DNA from: an uncultured Eubacteriales bacterium
GTDB lineage: Bacteria; Bacillota; Clostridia; Oscillospirales; Oscillospiraceae
Assembly: GCA_900545495.1 (NCBI GenBank)
Contig: UQZJ01000001.1
Location: 22,727-86,726, forward strand
DNA length: 64,000 nucleotides
Direction: 5' to 3'
Each line of letters opens with the position of its first letter. The first letter of the stretch is position 1. The translations under genes were made by a program, and so were the position numbers. The notes beneath the pieces were generated by a model. That model was given only the letters and a program-made list of their open reading frames with translations. It searched no databases and was not told the origin of the DNA. Shown here one piece after another: positions 45,308 to 52,674 of this stretch.

Positions 45308-46494
45308 CACTGCATAACCTGCCGGATCACGCGGATAAACCGCGCCCGGTCATAGATCACCGGCACGGGGTAGGTGGGGTTGGCCTCCTTGGCCGCCCAC
45401 GCCGCCATCTGCGGCAGATCTTCCTCCCGGATGCAGCTAAAGCCGGCGGGAATGCCCAGCCGGGCGTTCATGGCGAAGATCGCGTCGATAAAGGCGTTGG
45501 CCCTGTCCGCCTCGCTGTCACCGGACAGCCCCACCAGCTCTGCCAGACGTGCCAGCCGCCGGTGCGCCGCCGCGCCGTAGTCCCGCAGAACCACGGGCAG
45601 CAGCACTGCATTGGCAAGGCCGTGACCCACGCCGTACAGACCTCCCAGCGTGTGGGCGATGGCGTGGACGTTGCCCACGCCGGCGCGGGTGAAGGCCACG
45701 CCTGCCTGATAGGAGGCGGTGAGCAGCGCCTGCCGCGCCCCCACGTCGTCGCCGTGGGCGCAGGCGTGCTCCAGCGTGCGGAAGATGGTGACCACCGCCT
45801 CCTCCGCCATGGCATCCGTTTGATGGGTGCGGTAAAACCTGCCAATATATGCCTCCACCGCGTGGGTCAGGGCGTCCATGCCGGTCTCGGCGGTGGTGTG
45901 GGGCGGCAGGGACACGGTGAGCAGCGGATCCAGCACGGCGCAGCGGGGGATCAGGCACAGGTCGTTGATGGCATACTTGTGGTGATCCGCGCCGGTGACC
46001 ACGGCGGCGATGGTGGTCTCCGAGCCGGTACCGGCGGTGGTTGGTACAGCGATAAAGGGCGGGATGGCGCGGCGCACCTTCAAGAGACCCGCCAGCTGCT
46101 CCGGCGCCTTGCCGGGGCGTACCACCAGCGCCGCGGCGGCCTTGGCGGTGTCCATGGGACTGCCGCCGCCCACCGCCACCAGACTGTCACAGTGCGCCTG
46201 CCGATACAGGGCGGCCGCCGCCTCCACGGTGGACACCGGCGGGTTGGGTTGTATGTCGGAGAACAGGGTATAGCCCTCCAGCCGGGACAGCATCTGCTGA
46301 AAGGCGGGGTCGGCGCACTGGCGGCGGCTGGCCACCACCAGCGGGCGGCGGGCGCCGTACCGGGTCAGCCGGGCGGGGATGTCCGCCAGACTGCCGGGAC
46401 CGGTGATCGTCTCCGGCTGACGCCACGGCAGCAGCCGTGCGCCCAGACCGAACACACACTGATAGGCGCGGTATCCAACATGGCGTAAATTCAC
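45307..46494 (-). CDS. Iron-containing (group III) alcohol dehydrogenase
   Basis: Probable GTG start at 46494 with AAAGGAGG 7 nt upstream. GGGSPMD NAD motif and Fe-binding His cluster (ALTHAVEAY...HAIAHTLGG). Confidence 0.85.
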   Translation of the reverse strand: MNLRHVGYRAYQCVFGLGARLLPWRQPETITGPGSLADIPARLTRYGARRPLVVASRRQCADPAFQQMLSRLEGYTLFSDIQPNPPVSTVEAAAALYRQAHCDSLVAVGGGSPMDTAKAAAALVVRPGKAPEQLAGLLKVRRAIPPFIAVPTTAGTGSETTIAAVVTGADHHKYAINDLCLIPRCAVLDPLLTVSLPPHTTAETGMDALTHAVEAYIGRFYRTHQTDAMAEEAVVTIFRTLEHACAHGDDVGARQALLTASYQAGVAFTRAGVGNVHAIAHTLGGLYGVGHGLANAVLLPVVLRDYGAAAHRRLARLAELVGLSGDSEADRANAFIDAIFAMNARLGIPAGFSCIREEDLPQMAAWAAKEANPTYPVPVIYDRARFIRVIRQVMQ

Positions 46495-46540
46495 GAAAAA
46501 GCCTCCTTTTATCGCTCTCCTTGCCCCGGAGCAGCGGCGC

Positions 46541-46566
46541 TCCCACAAGAAAAAGGGGGCGGCTGC
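46541..46566 (-). terminator. Rho-independent terminator of hpf
   Basis: GGGGGCGGTGCAGCCGCCCCC followed by TTTT on the minus strand. Confidence 0.8.
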
Positions 46567-46592
46567 ACCGCCCCCTTGGGATCGTATATCGA

Positions 46593-47132
46593 TTACTCCG
46601 CCGTCTCGATCAGGCCGTAGCCGCCGTTATTGCGGTGGTACACCACGCAGATGGCGCTGTCCTCAATGCGGCGGAACACATAGAACGAGTGGCCCAGCAG
46701 GTTCATCTGCAAAATGGCCTCGTCGGTGCTCATGGGCTTGACGGCAAAGCGCTTGGTGCGGATGATGTCGAAGTCGTTGTCCTCCACTACGTCGAACTCA
46801 GCAGGAACGGAGGAGACCAGTGCGTCGGGCCGCAGGTTCTTGGCCAGCCGCGTCTTGTTCTTGCGGATACGGCGGTCGATGAAGCTGACAGCCTCGTCAA
46901 TGGCGCCGCGCATATCGCCGTCGGGATCCTCCGTCTCCGCACGGAACAACGTGCCGTTGGTGCTGCGGATGGTCAGCTCCACCACACAGCGGTTCTTCTT
47001 CTCCACGGCAAAGGTCACAAAGGCGTCTGCCTCCTCCGGAAAATACTTGTCCAGCTTACTGATCTTCTTTTCCGCGTATTCCTTGATGGAGTCGTTGAGG
47101 GAGATCTTCTTGCAGGCGAATGTGAACTTCAT
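46593..47132 (-). CDS. hpf: Ribosome hibernation-promoting factor (long HPF)
   Basis: AAAGGAG RBS. N-terminal YfiA/RaiA domain and C-terminal dimerisation domain (LIRTKRFAVKPMSTDEAILQMNLLGHSFYVF). Confidence 0.9.
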   Translation of the reverse strand: MKFTFACKKISLNDSIKEYAEKKISKLDKYFPEEADAFVTFAVEKKNRCVVELTIRSTNGTLFRAETEDPDGDMRGAIDEAVSFIDRRIRKNKTRLAKNLRPDALVSSVPAEFDVVEDNDFDIIRTKRFAVKPMSTDEAILQMNLLGHSFYVFRRIEDSAICVVYHRNNGGYGLIETAE

Positions 47133-47433
47133 AATACTTGCTCCTTTCGTCAGTGCGGTAAACACAGGGTAGGGTCGGGGAGCGGGTTCCCTTTATCCTT
47201 GTGTGCATTATAGCAAATCGCAATACGTTTGAAAAGCACTTTTGAGAGAATTTGTGAAAACTTCATAAAGAGTTTATCATTCAGACACATTCGACAGGCT
47301 GCCCTAAAAGTCGCGGTAAACCGGCAAAACCTCCTATTTACACGGGGACAGGCGTGCTGTATGATGATAGAGGAAGCTTTCCAATATCCCACCCGCTTGG
47401 GCCGCTCTGCTTGCAGGGCGGCCCCTTTTTTTG

Positions 47434-47462
47434 TGAAAAAGAGAGACGGCGCATCGCCGTCC
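47434..47462 (-). terminator. Terminator of the DUF2207-like / rSAM operon
   Basis: GACGGCG-atg-CGCCGTC followed by TCTCTTTTTC on the minus strand. A second GC hairpin (47398-47423) sits beside it. Confidence 0.6.
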
Positions 47463-47470
47463 CTCCTGTT

Positions 47471-48562
47471 TCAGGTATCCAATTTTTCGGAAAGCGCCTT
47501 GTCCAGCCGCACCGCGCCGTAGAGATTTTTGGCCGAGCAGCCCGCCCGTCCGCCACCGGCACAGGCGCAGGCGCAGGCACAGGCACAGCTGCTGGCGCAG
47601 GCGCAGTGTCCGCCGCCGCCGAAGCCGCCGCCGCCAGACCCACCGCCGCGGCTGCCGCCGCCGAAGCCGCTGCTACTGCTGCGGGGCGGGCGGGGCCGTT
47701 TCTTGGTGCCAACGCTGCCGGGACGGGGCTTGCCGTCCCGTCCGGCGGGGTACCAGAGGTGGTTGACGAACACATACCGCGTGCCGAAGCCGCCGGCGTA
47801 GCCGCCAGCTATCTCCCGAATGATCCGCACCACCACCCAAACGATAAAGATGGTGATGATCAGCGTCAGGAACAGGGCGGCCATGCCTATGTCCTCGTCC
47901 TCGTCGTACCAGTCGTCATAGTCATTGTCGGGCTGGCTGCCGATGCTGTTCTCCGGGGACAGCACGGTGGGCCAGTCGGTGTAGCGCACCTTCACGTTCA
48001 TCTTGTAGCCGTAGGACTGGTCGGAGGCGGTGATGGTCAATCCATCCGCCACCGTCACGCTGTCCGCGCCGGAAACTGTCCCCTCGGTGAAGTCGCCGGT
48101 CAGACCGGCGGGGTCGTGCCACGTCAGGGTCATGGCCCCCATCTTGGCCTCGTCGAACCATCCGGGGGTGTAATCGTAGAGCACCGCGCCGCCGTCCAGC
48201 CCGTACATATACTCCTGCACCCAGCGATAGGAGAACGTAAACGTCTCGTTTTTCTTGTAGGCGCGGTCCAGATAGATGTACATATAGCGGTTGTCGAAGG
48301 ACAGGCGCTCGATGTTGTCGGTCAGGGCGGTCTTCTCCCGGATGGAGCCGTTGGGGATGCCGACCTTCAGCTCCTGCCCGTAGGGCAGCTCCTCCAGCGC
48401 CGTCCACGTCAGGGAGACGGTGATGGTCAGGCTGCCGTCGTCGGTGTTGGGCAGCACGTCCACGTCGTAGCGGTCGATGTAGTCGTAATCTGCCCATGCA
48501 ATGGCGGTGCAGCACAGCGCCGCCAGCACCGTCAGCAGCAGGATATGCAGCTTCTTCAGCAT
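47471..48562 (-). CDS. DUF2207-like membrane protein with a Gly-rich region and a unique C-terminal (Cys-Ala)n tail
   Basis: AGGGAGGAGGGGG RBS. Signal peptide MLKKLHILLLTVLAALCCTAIAWA. About 250 aa extracellular domain, one TM helix (IGMAALFLTLIITIFIVWVVV), then a cytoplasmic tail ...SSSSGFGGGSRGGGSGGGGFGGGGHCACASSCACACACACAGGGRAGCSAKNLYGAVRLDKALSEKLDT. Its start overlaps the rSAM stop. Confidence 0.7.
   Translation of the reverse strand: MLKKLHILLLTVLAALCCTAIAWADYDYIDRYDVDVLPNTDDGSLTITVSLTWTALEELPYGQELKVGIPNGSIREKTALTDNIERLSFDNRYMYIYLDRAYKKNETFTFSYRWVQEYMYGLDGGAVLYDYTPGWFDEAKMGAMTLTWHDPAGLTGDFTEGTVSGADSVTVADGLTITASDQSYGYKMNVKVRYTDWPTVLSPENSIGSQPDNDYDDWYDEDEDIGMAALFLTLIITIFIVWVVVRIIREIAGGYAGGFGTRYVFVNHLWYPAGRDGKPRPGSVGTKKRPRPPRSSSSGFGGGSRGGGSGGGGFGGGGHCACASSCACACACACAGGGRAGCSAKNLYGAVRLDKALSEKLDT
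47557..47610 (-). repeat. In-frame hexanucleotide repeat (GGCRCA)n encoding the Cys-Ala repeats
   Basis: Plus strand reads GGCACA GGCGCA GGCGCA GGCACA GGCACA GCTGCT GGCGCA GGCGCA. Confidence 0.85.
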
Positions 48563-49941
48563 CGCGCCCCCTCCTCCCTGTTGCCGCCTTGCAGCTGGCA
48601 AATATGGTCCATTTTGGCACTCTCCGCCCGGATGGCGGCGCAGCGTTCGCTGTTCCAGACGGACGCCCAGTCGTCGGTGAGCATATTGCCCAGCGGGGCG
48701 CTGCTCAGCCAGCTCTGACAGGGGATGATGCTGCCGTCCGGCGCCAGCGCCATGTTGCTCAGGCAGGCGCCGCAGCTGGGGATCAGGTGCAGTCCCAGTG
48801 CGCGCAGCGTCTCCTCCGGCAGCCAGCCGGGGCTGGTGAAATCCAGCTCCATGCCCAGCTCCTCCACCACGGCCGCCGCCTCTTGCAGCACCTGTGTCAG
48901 CGCCTGCTCCGTCAGACGGGTGGCGCGGCTCTCCGCGCCCTCGGCGCTGCCGGAGGGGATCAGGCCGGAGCAGGTGGCGTACCGCACACCCAGAGACGCG
49001 GCAAAGCGCAGCGTGGCGGCATAGTCCGTGTTCAGGCTGCACAGCGGCGTGTTCACGGAGACGATCAGCCCCGCTGCCACGGCGTTTCGGATGCCCTGCA
49101 CCGTCTTTTCAAAGCCGTCGGCGCCCACCAGCGCGTTGTGGATGGCCGGGTCAGCGCTGTACAGGGTGACCTGCACGCTGTCCAGGCTTGCGCCGTACAG
49201 CTTGGCGCACAGCTCCGGCGTCAATAGCTGGCCGTTGGTGTTCAGCCGGGTGACGAACCACTGGGCGGCGTCCACCAGCTCCACCAGATCGGCGCGGAGG
49301 GTGGGCTCGCCGCCGGTAAACGTGACCTGCGGGATATTGGCGCTTCGCAGGCGGCGGAGGATGTCCAGCCACTGCTGGGTGGACAGCTCCGGCGCGTCCG
49401 CCAGCGACTGCCCCGCAGCGTAGCAGTGCAGGCACTTCTGGTTGCAGTGCCACGCGCCGTCCTTGCGCATGGCGCTGAGCATCAGATCCATGCGGTGGGG
49501 CGCCGTCATCTCGGCGGCATAGTCGCCCAGCGACAGAACGCCCACCTCCGCCTCCGGCTCCTGTCCCCGGGCGATGGCCACCAGCGAGGTGAGCATCAGG
49601 GACAGATCCTCCGCCAGCTCGGTCTTTTTGGTGAACGGATAGGTCTTGTGTGTCTCCGCCACGGCGGCGTCCGCCATAGCGCGCCAGTCGGACTCGCTGA
49701 TCTCCAGCCCGGCAAAGGGCTCCAGCCTGTCCATAAAGTTGGCCAGCAGAATGGCCCACGACAGGTTCAGCGGTACCAGCTTGTCGCCGTTGAGCAGCAG
49801 CAGAAACGGCGCGTCCGGCGCGTCCTCCCGCGGGGGGATCATGTGGATGCGGACAGCGCCGCGTCCCTTGGGGTCTAATGTAATGTGCCGCACGCAGCGC
49901 AGGTGCTTCCGGCGATATCGCTGCTCCAGAAAAGTGGGCAT
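48556..49941 (-). CDS. Radical SAM / SPASM-domain enzyme with N-terminal PqqD-like RRE domain (RiPP-maturase architecture)
   Basis: GGGAGG is 7 nt upstream of the ATG. N-terminal ~100 aa form a PqqD/RRE-like domain (FLLLLNGDKLVPLNLSWAILLANF). CX3CX2C motif CNQKCLHC, GGEP motif TGGEPTL, and C-terminal Cys-rich SPASM/twitch segment (CGACLSN...PCQSW...RCAAI...HIC). Confidence 0.8.
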   Translation of the reverse strand: MPTFLEQRYRRKHLRCVRHITLDPKGRGAVRIHMIPPREDAPDAPFLLLLNGDKLVPLNLSWAILLANFMDRLEPFAGLEISESDWRAMADAAVAETHKTYPFTKKTELAEDLSLMLTSLVAIARGQEPEAEVGVLSLGDYAAEMTAPHRMDLMLSAMRKDGAWHCNQKCLHCYAAGQSLADAPELSTQQWLDILRRLRSANIPQVTFTGGEPTLRADLVELVDAAQWFVTRLNTNGQLLTPELCAKLYGASLDSVQVTLYSADPAIHNALVGADGFEKTVQGIRNAVAAGLIVSVNTPLCSLNTDYAATLRFAASLGVRYATCSGLIPSGSAEGAESRATRLTEQALTQVLQEAAAVVEELGMELDFTSPGWLPEETLRALGLHLIPSCGACLSNMALAPDGSIIPCQSWLSSAPLGNMLTDDWASVWNSERCAAIRAESAKMDHICQLQGGNREEGARC

Positions 49942-49976
49942 AGGCAAGCCTCCCTTCCATGCATTCAGATGCGTAG

Positions 49977-50005
49977 AGTATACCACAGGCATCGGCGGAT
50001 GGCAA
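49977..50005 (-). promoter_or_regulatory. Strong sigma-A promoter of the rSAM operon
   Basis: Minus strand reads TTGCCA, 17-nt spacer, extended -10 TGgTATACT. It lies just downstream of the divIC terminator. Confidence 0.65.
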
Positions 50006-50046
50006 CAAAAACGCCCCGCCTTCCGGCGGGGCAGCGTGCGCTCTGG

Positions 50047-50340
50047 TCAGTCGTTGACGTCGTAGAAGATACGCTCGCCATCCTCGGCCAGACCCAGCAG
50101 GTCGCGGGCCAGCGCCTTGATGAACTCCGGGTCGTCCTTCTTGCTCAGATCAGAGCGGAGCGCCTCGTTGGCCTGTGCTTTCTCCTGCATCTGCTGGGTG
50201 AGGGCCGCCTCCTGCGCCCGCACATCCTTCAGCCGCCCGTAGACGTTGATGATCTCCACGCCCACCACCACGATGAGCACGCTCAGCACCAGCAGCAGGA
50301 CAGCGCTGGGCTTTTTTTTGCGGGCCTTTTTCTGCGCCAT
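50047..50340 (-). CDS. divIC: Septum formation initiator (FtsB/DivIC family)
   Basis: GGGGGAGG RBS. Basic N-terminus, one TM helix, then a coiled coil (LKDVRAQEAALTQQMQEKAQANEALRSDL). Confidence 0.8.
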   Translation of the reverse strand: MAQKKARKKKPSAVLLLVLSVLIVVVGVEIINVYGRLKDVRAQEAALTQQMQEKAQANEALRSDLSKKDDPEFIKALARDLLGLAEDGERIFYDVND

Positions 50341-50812
50341 GTCTGTCCTCCCCCTTTCGCGGCCCTTTTGACCGCATTCGTACCTTTATTGTAGCGCAGG
50401 CGCGGCGAAAAGGAAAGTGTTTTTTCAGGAAAATGGCGGCTTTTTTCAGCCACCGGACGGCGATCACCGCCGGACAGCACAGCAGACGGCAGAACTGCAC
50501 CGCCGCGTCCAGCCAGAAATTCCACAGCGGACGCAGCAGCGGCGGCAGCGTCAGCCCGTACAGCACCGCGCCCAGCGCCACGCCGGTGAGCATATACAGC
50601 CGCAGCTCCCCCTCCCCGATGCGCAGGGTGAACCACAGCAGCAAAAGCCCCAGCACGGTGATATACAGACCGTCGGCAAGGCCGGTGAGACGCCGGTCAC
50701 GGCGGCGGCGAAGCCGCACGGCGCGCAGCAGGTCATAGACCATGGCGGAGGCTGCGCCCAGCAGCGCCGCCGTCAGGTAGGCGGTCAGCTGTTGGGAGAC
50801 ATGATTTTCCAT
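50150..50812 (-). CDS. yabQ: Spore cortex protein YabQ-like membrane protein (3' end uncertain)
   Basis: Follows yabP with a TGAnATG junction and has multi-TM hydrophobic segments. The ORF as called runs 190 nt into divIC in another frame, so the C-terminal ~60 codons may be a high-GC read-through artefact. Confidence 0.5.
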   Translation of the reverse strand: MENHVSQQLTAYLTAALLGAASAMVYDLLRAVRLRRRRDRRLTGLADGLYITVLGLLLLWFTLRIGEGELRLYMLTGVALGAVLYGLTLPPLLRPLWNFWLDAAVQFCRLLCCPAVIAVRWLKKAAIFLKKHFPFRRACATIKVRMRSKGPRKGEDRHGAEKGPQKKAQRCPAAGAERAHRGGGRGDHQRLRAAEGCAGAGGGPHPADAGESTGQRGAPL

Positions 50813-50813
50813 A

Positions 50814-51101
50814 TCAGCCGAACAGCCGGGACAGGAACGACCCCTGCCGCACCTCCGTGTCCTCGTAGGTCACGGCGTCGATGCGGCCGTCCACCTGCAT
50901 CTCGCCGCCGTCCAGCGACAGCTTGCCGATATGCAGCTCCTCCCCGGTGATGATGAGCGTGCCGGCGCTGGTGGTGGTGACGATGCAGCTCTCGTCAAAG
51001 CGCACCACATCCTCCACGCCGGAGATGCTCAGCTTCTCCCGCCCCTCGATCTGGAGGCGGTGATAGGCGGCGGCGCCGCCGTCGGTCATGTCGTAAGGCA
51101 T
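50814..51101 (-). CDS. yabP: Sporulation protein YabP
   Basis: 95 aa. Conserved YabP core LSISGVEDVVRFDESCIVTTTSAGTLIITGEELHI. Confidence 0.85.
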   Translation of the reverse strand: MPYDMTDGGAAAYHRLQIEGREKLSISGVEDVVRFDESCIVTTTSAGTLIITGEELHIGKLSLDGGEMQVDGRIDAVTYEDTEVRQGSFLSRLFG

Positions 51102-51158
51102 AAAAAAGCGCTCCCTCCCACAGAGTTTTCACTCCATCGTATGAGGGAACGCCCGGTA

Positions 51159-51422
51159 TTATGACAGTTTGTCCGGCTGAGGCGCGGCCTCGCGGTACAT
51201 GGCGGCCGCCGCGTCCTTGCCCACGTTCTCCGTGACGCTCAGCACCTCCACCGTCAGGGTGTTCTGGCCGAAGCGGATGGAGATGACATCGCCCACCTTC
51301 ACATCGTAGGATGCGCGCTGCACCCGACCATTGACGGTGACGCGCTCGTTGTCGCAGGCCTCGTTGGCCACGGTGCGGCGCTTGATGAGGCGGGACACCT
51401 TCAGATATTTGTCAAGACGCAT
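51159..51422 (-). CDS. S4-domain RNA-binding protein (YabO / Hsp15-like)
   Basis: MRLDKYLKVSRLIKRRTVANEA... is an S4 fold. Same position as yabO in Bacillus. Confidence 0.8.
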   Translation of the reverse strand: MRLDKYLKVSRLIKRRTVANEACDNERVTVNGRVQRASYDVKVGDVISIRFGQNTLTVEVLSVTENVGKDAAAAMYREAAPQPDKLS

Positions 51423-51485
51423 AGGATTCCTCCTTAAAACGGTAAAGGAGCCGGTGTGGTCACACCGGCTCCCGTGAAAGCAAAA

Positions 51486-51761
51486 TTACTCCGCGACGGC
51501 GTCCTTCAGAGCCTTGCCGGCCTTGAAAGCGGGTACCTTGGCGGCGGGGATCTCCACGGTCTCCTTGGTACGGGGGTTCAGACCGGTACGGGCGGCGCGC
51601 TTCTTGGTCTCGAAGGAGCCAAAGCCCACCAGCTGCACCTTCTCCTCGGCCTTCAGCGTCTCGGTGATGGTCAGCAGCGTCGCATTAACGGCGGCCTCGG
51701 TGTCCTTCTTGGACAGGCCGGTCTTCTCCGCCACAGTGGCGATCAGTTCGGTTTTATTCAT
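51486..51761 (-). CDS. hup: DNA-binding protein HU
   Basis: [32 protein letters not shown]... with the conserved arm [18 protein letters not shown]-like sequence. The upstream in-frame extension is spurious. Confidence 0.9.
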   Translation of the reverse strand: MNKTELIATVAEKTGLSKKDTEAAVNATLLTITETLKAEEKVQLVGFGSFETKKRAARTGLNPRTKETVEIPAAKVPAFKAGKALKDAVAE

Positions 51762-51837
51762 GATACTTCCTCCCAAAAATTCATTTGTTGACGCCGTTCC
51801 CCTCCGGGCGGCGTATCTCAAAACGATCGAGATCGCA

Positions 51838-52626
51838 TTAAGAACGTTTTGCTTCGTTCCACAGGGCGGTCATCTCCTCCAGCGACAGCTGGGAGACCTC
51901 CCTCCCCTGTGCCGCCGCACCGTTCTCCACGGCACGAAAGCGGCGGATAAATTTTTCGCAGGTGCCGTTGACCGCGTCCTCCGGGTCGCAGGCGCAGAAC
52001 CGCCCCACCTTTACGGCGGCGAACAGCACATCGCCCAGCTCCTCCGGCACGTCGCCGTCTTCCTCCACGGCGCGGCGCAGCTCGGCCACTTCCTCCTCCA
52101 GCTTGTCCAGCGCGCCCTGTACATCCGGCCACTCGAAGCCGGCGGACGCCGCCTTGTTCTGGAGCTTTTCAGCCCGCCAAAGACCCGGCAGGCTCCGCGC
52201 CACACTGTCCATGCTGTCGGCCACGGTCTTCTGACCCTTTTCCTGCCGCTTCAGCTTGTCCCAACTGACAAGCACCGACTCGGGCGAGTCCTCGCGCTGG
52301 CTGCCGAACACATGGGGGTGGCGGAACAGCAGCTTCTTCACCACGCCGTCGCACACGTCGTCTATGGTGAAGCGTCCCGCATCGGACTCGATGTCCGCGT
52401 GGAACACCACCTGCATCAGCACGTCGCCCAGCTCCTCCTTGAGAAGCACGGGGTCGTCGTTGTCGATGGCCTCGGCGGCCTCGTAGGCCTCCTCCAGCAA
52501 GCCGCGCCGGATGGGCTGGTGGGTCTGCGCCTTGTCCCAGGGGCAGCCGTCCTCCGAGCGGAGCAGGCGGATGATCTCCAGCAGATCCTCGTAGCCATAC
52601 TGCGGTTTCCTAACAAAATTTATCAT
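51838..52626 (-). CDS. mazG: MazG nucleoside triphosphate pyrophosphohydrolase
   Basis: Two EExxE-type MazG motifs ([30 protein letters not shown]). Confidence 0.85.
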   Translation of the reverse strand: MINFVRKPQYGYEDLLEIIRLLRSEDGCPWDKAQTHQPIRRGLLEEAYEAAEAIDNDDPVLLKEELGDVLMQVVFHADIESDAGRFTIDDVCDGVVKKLLFRHPHVFGSQREDSPESVLVSWDKLKRQEKGQKTVADSMDSVARSLPGLWRAEKLQNKAASAGFEWPDVQGALDKLEEEVAELRRAVEEDGDVPEELGDVLFAAVKVGRFCACDPEDAVNGTCEKFIRRFRAVENGAAAQGREVSQLSLEEMTALWNEAKRS

Positions 52627-52674
52627 ACTTATGCTCCTATTGCAAGAGGTTTTCGCTTTGCCAACCCCAAAAGT

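Noticed and set aside
47354-48718. 454-aa plus-strand ORF and the Gln-Ala repeat ORF 47529-47801
   Set aside because: Both are antisense to the DUF2207-like gene. The QAQAQA peptide is simply the other strand of the Cys-Ala hexanucleotide repeat and has no start signals.
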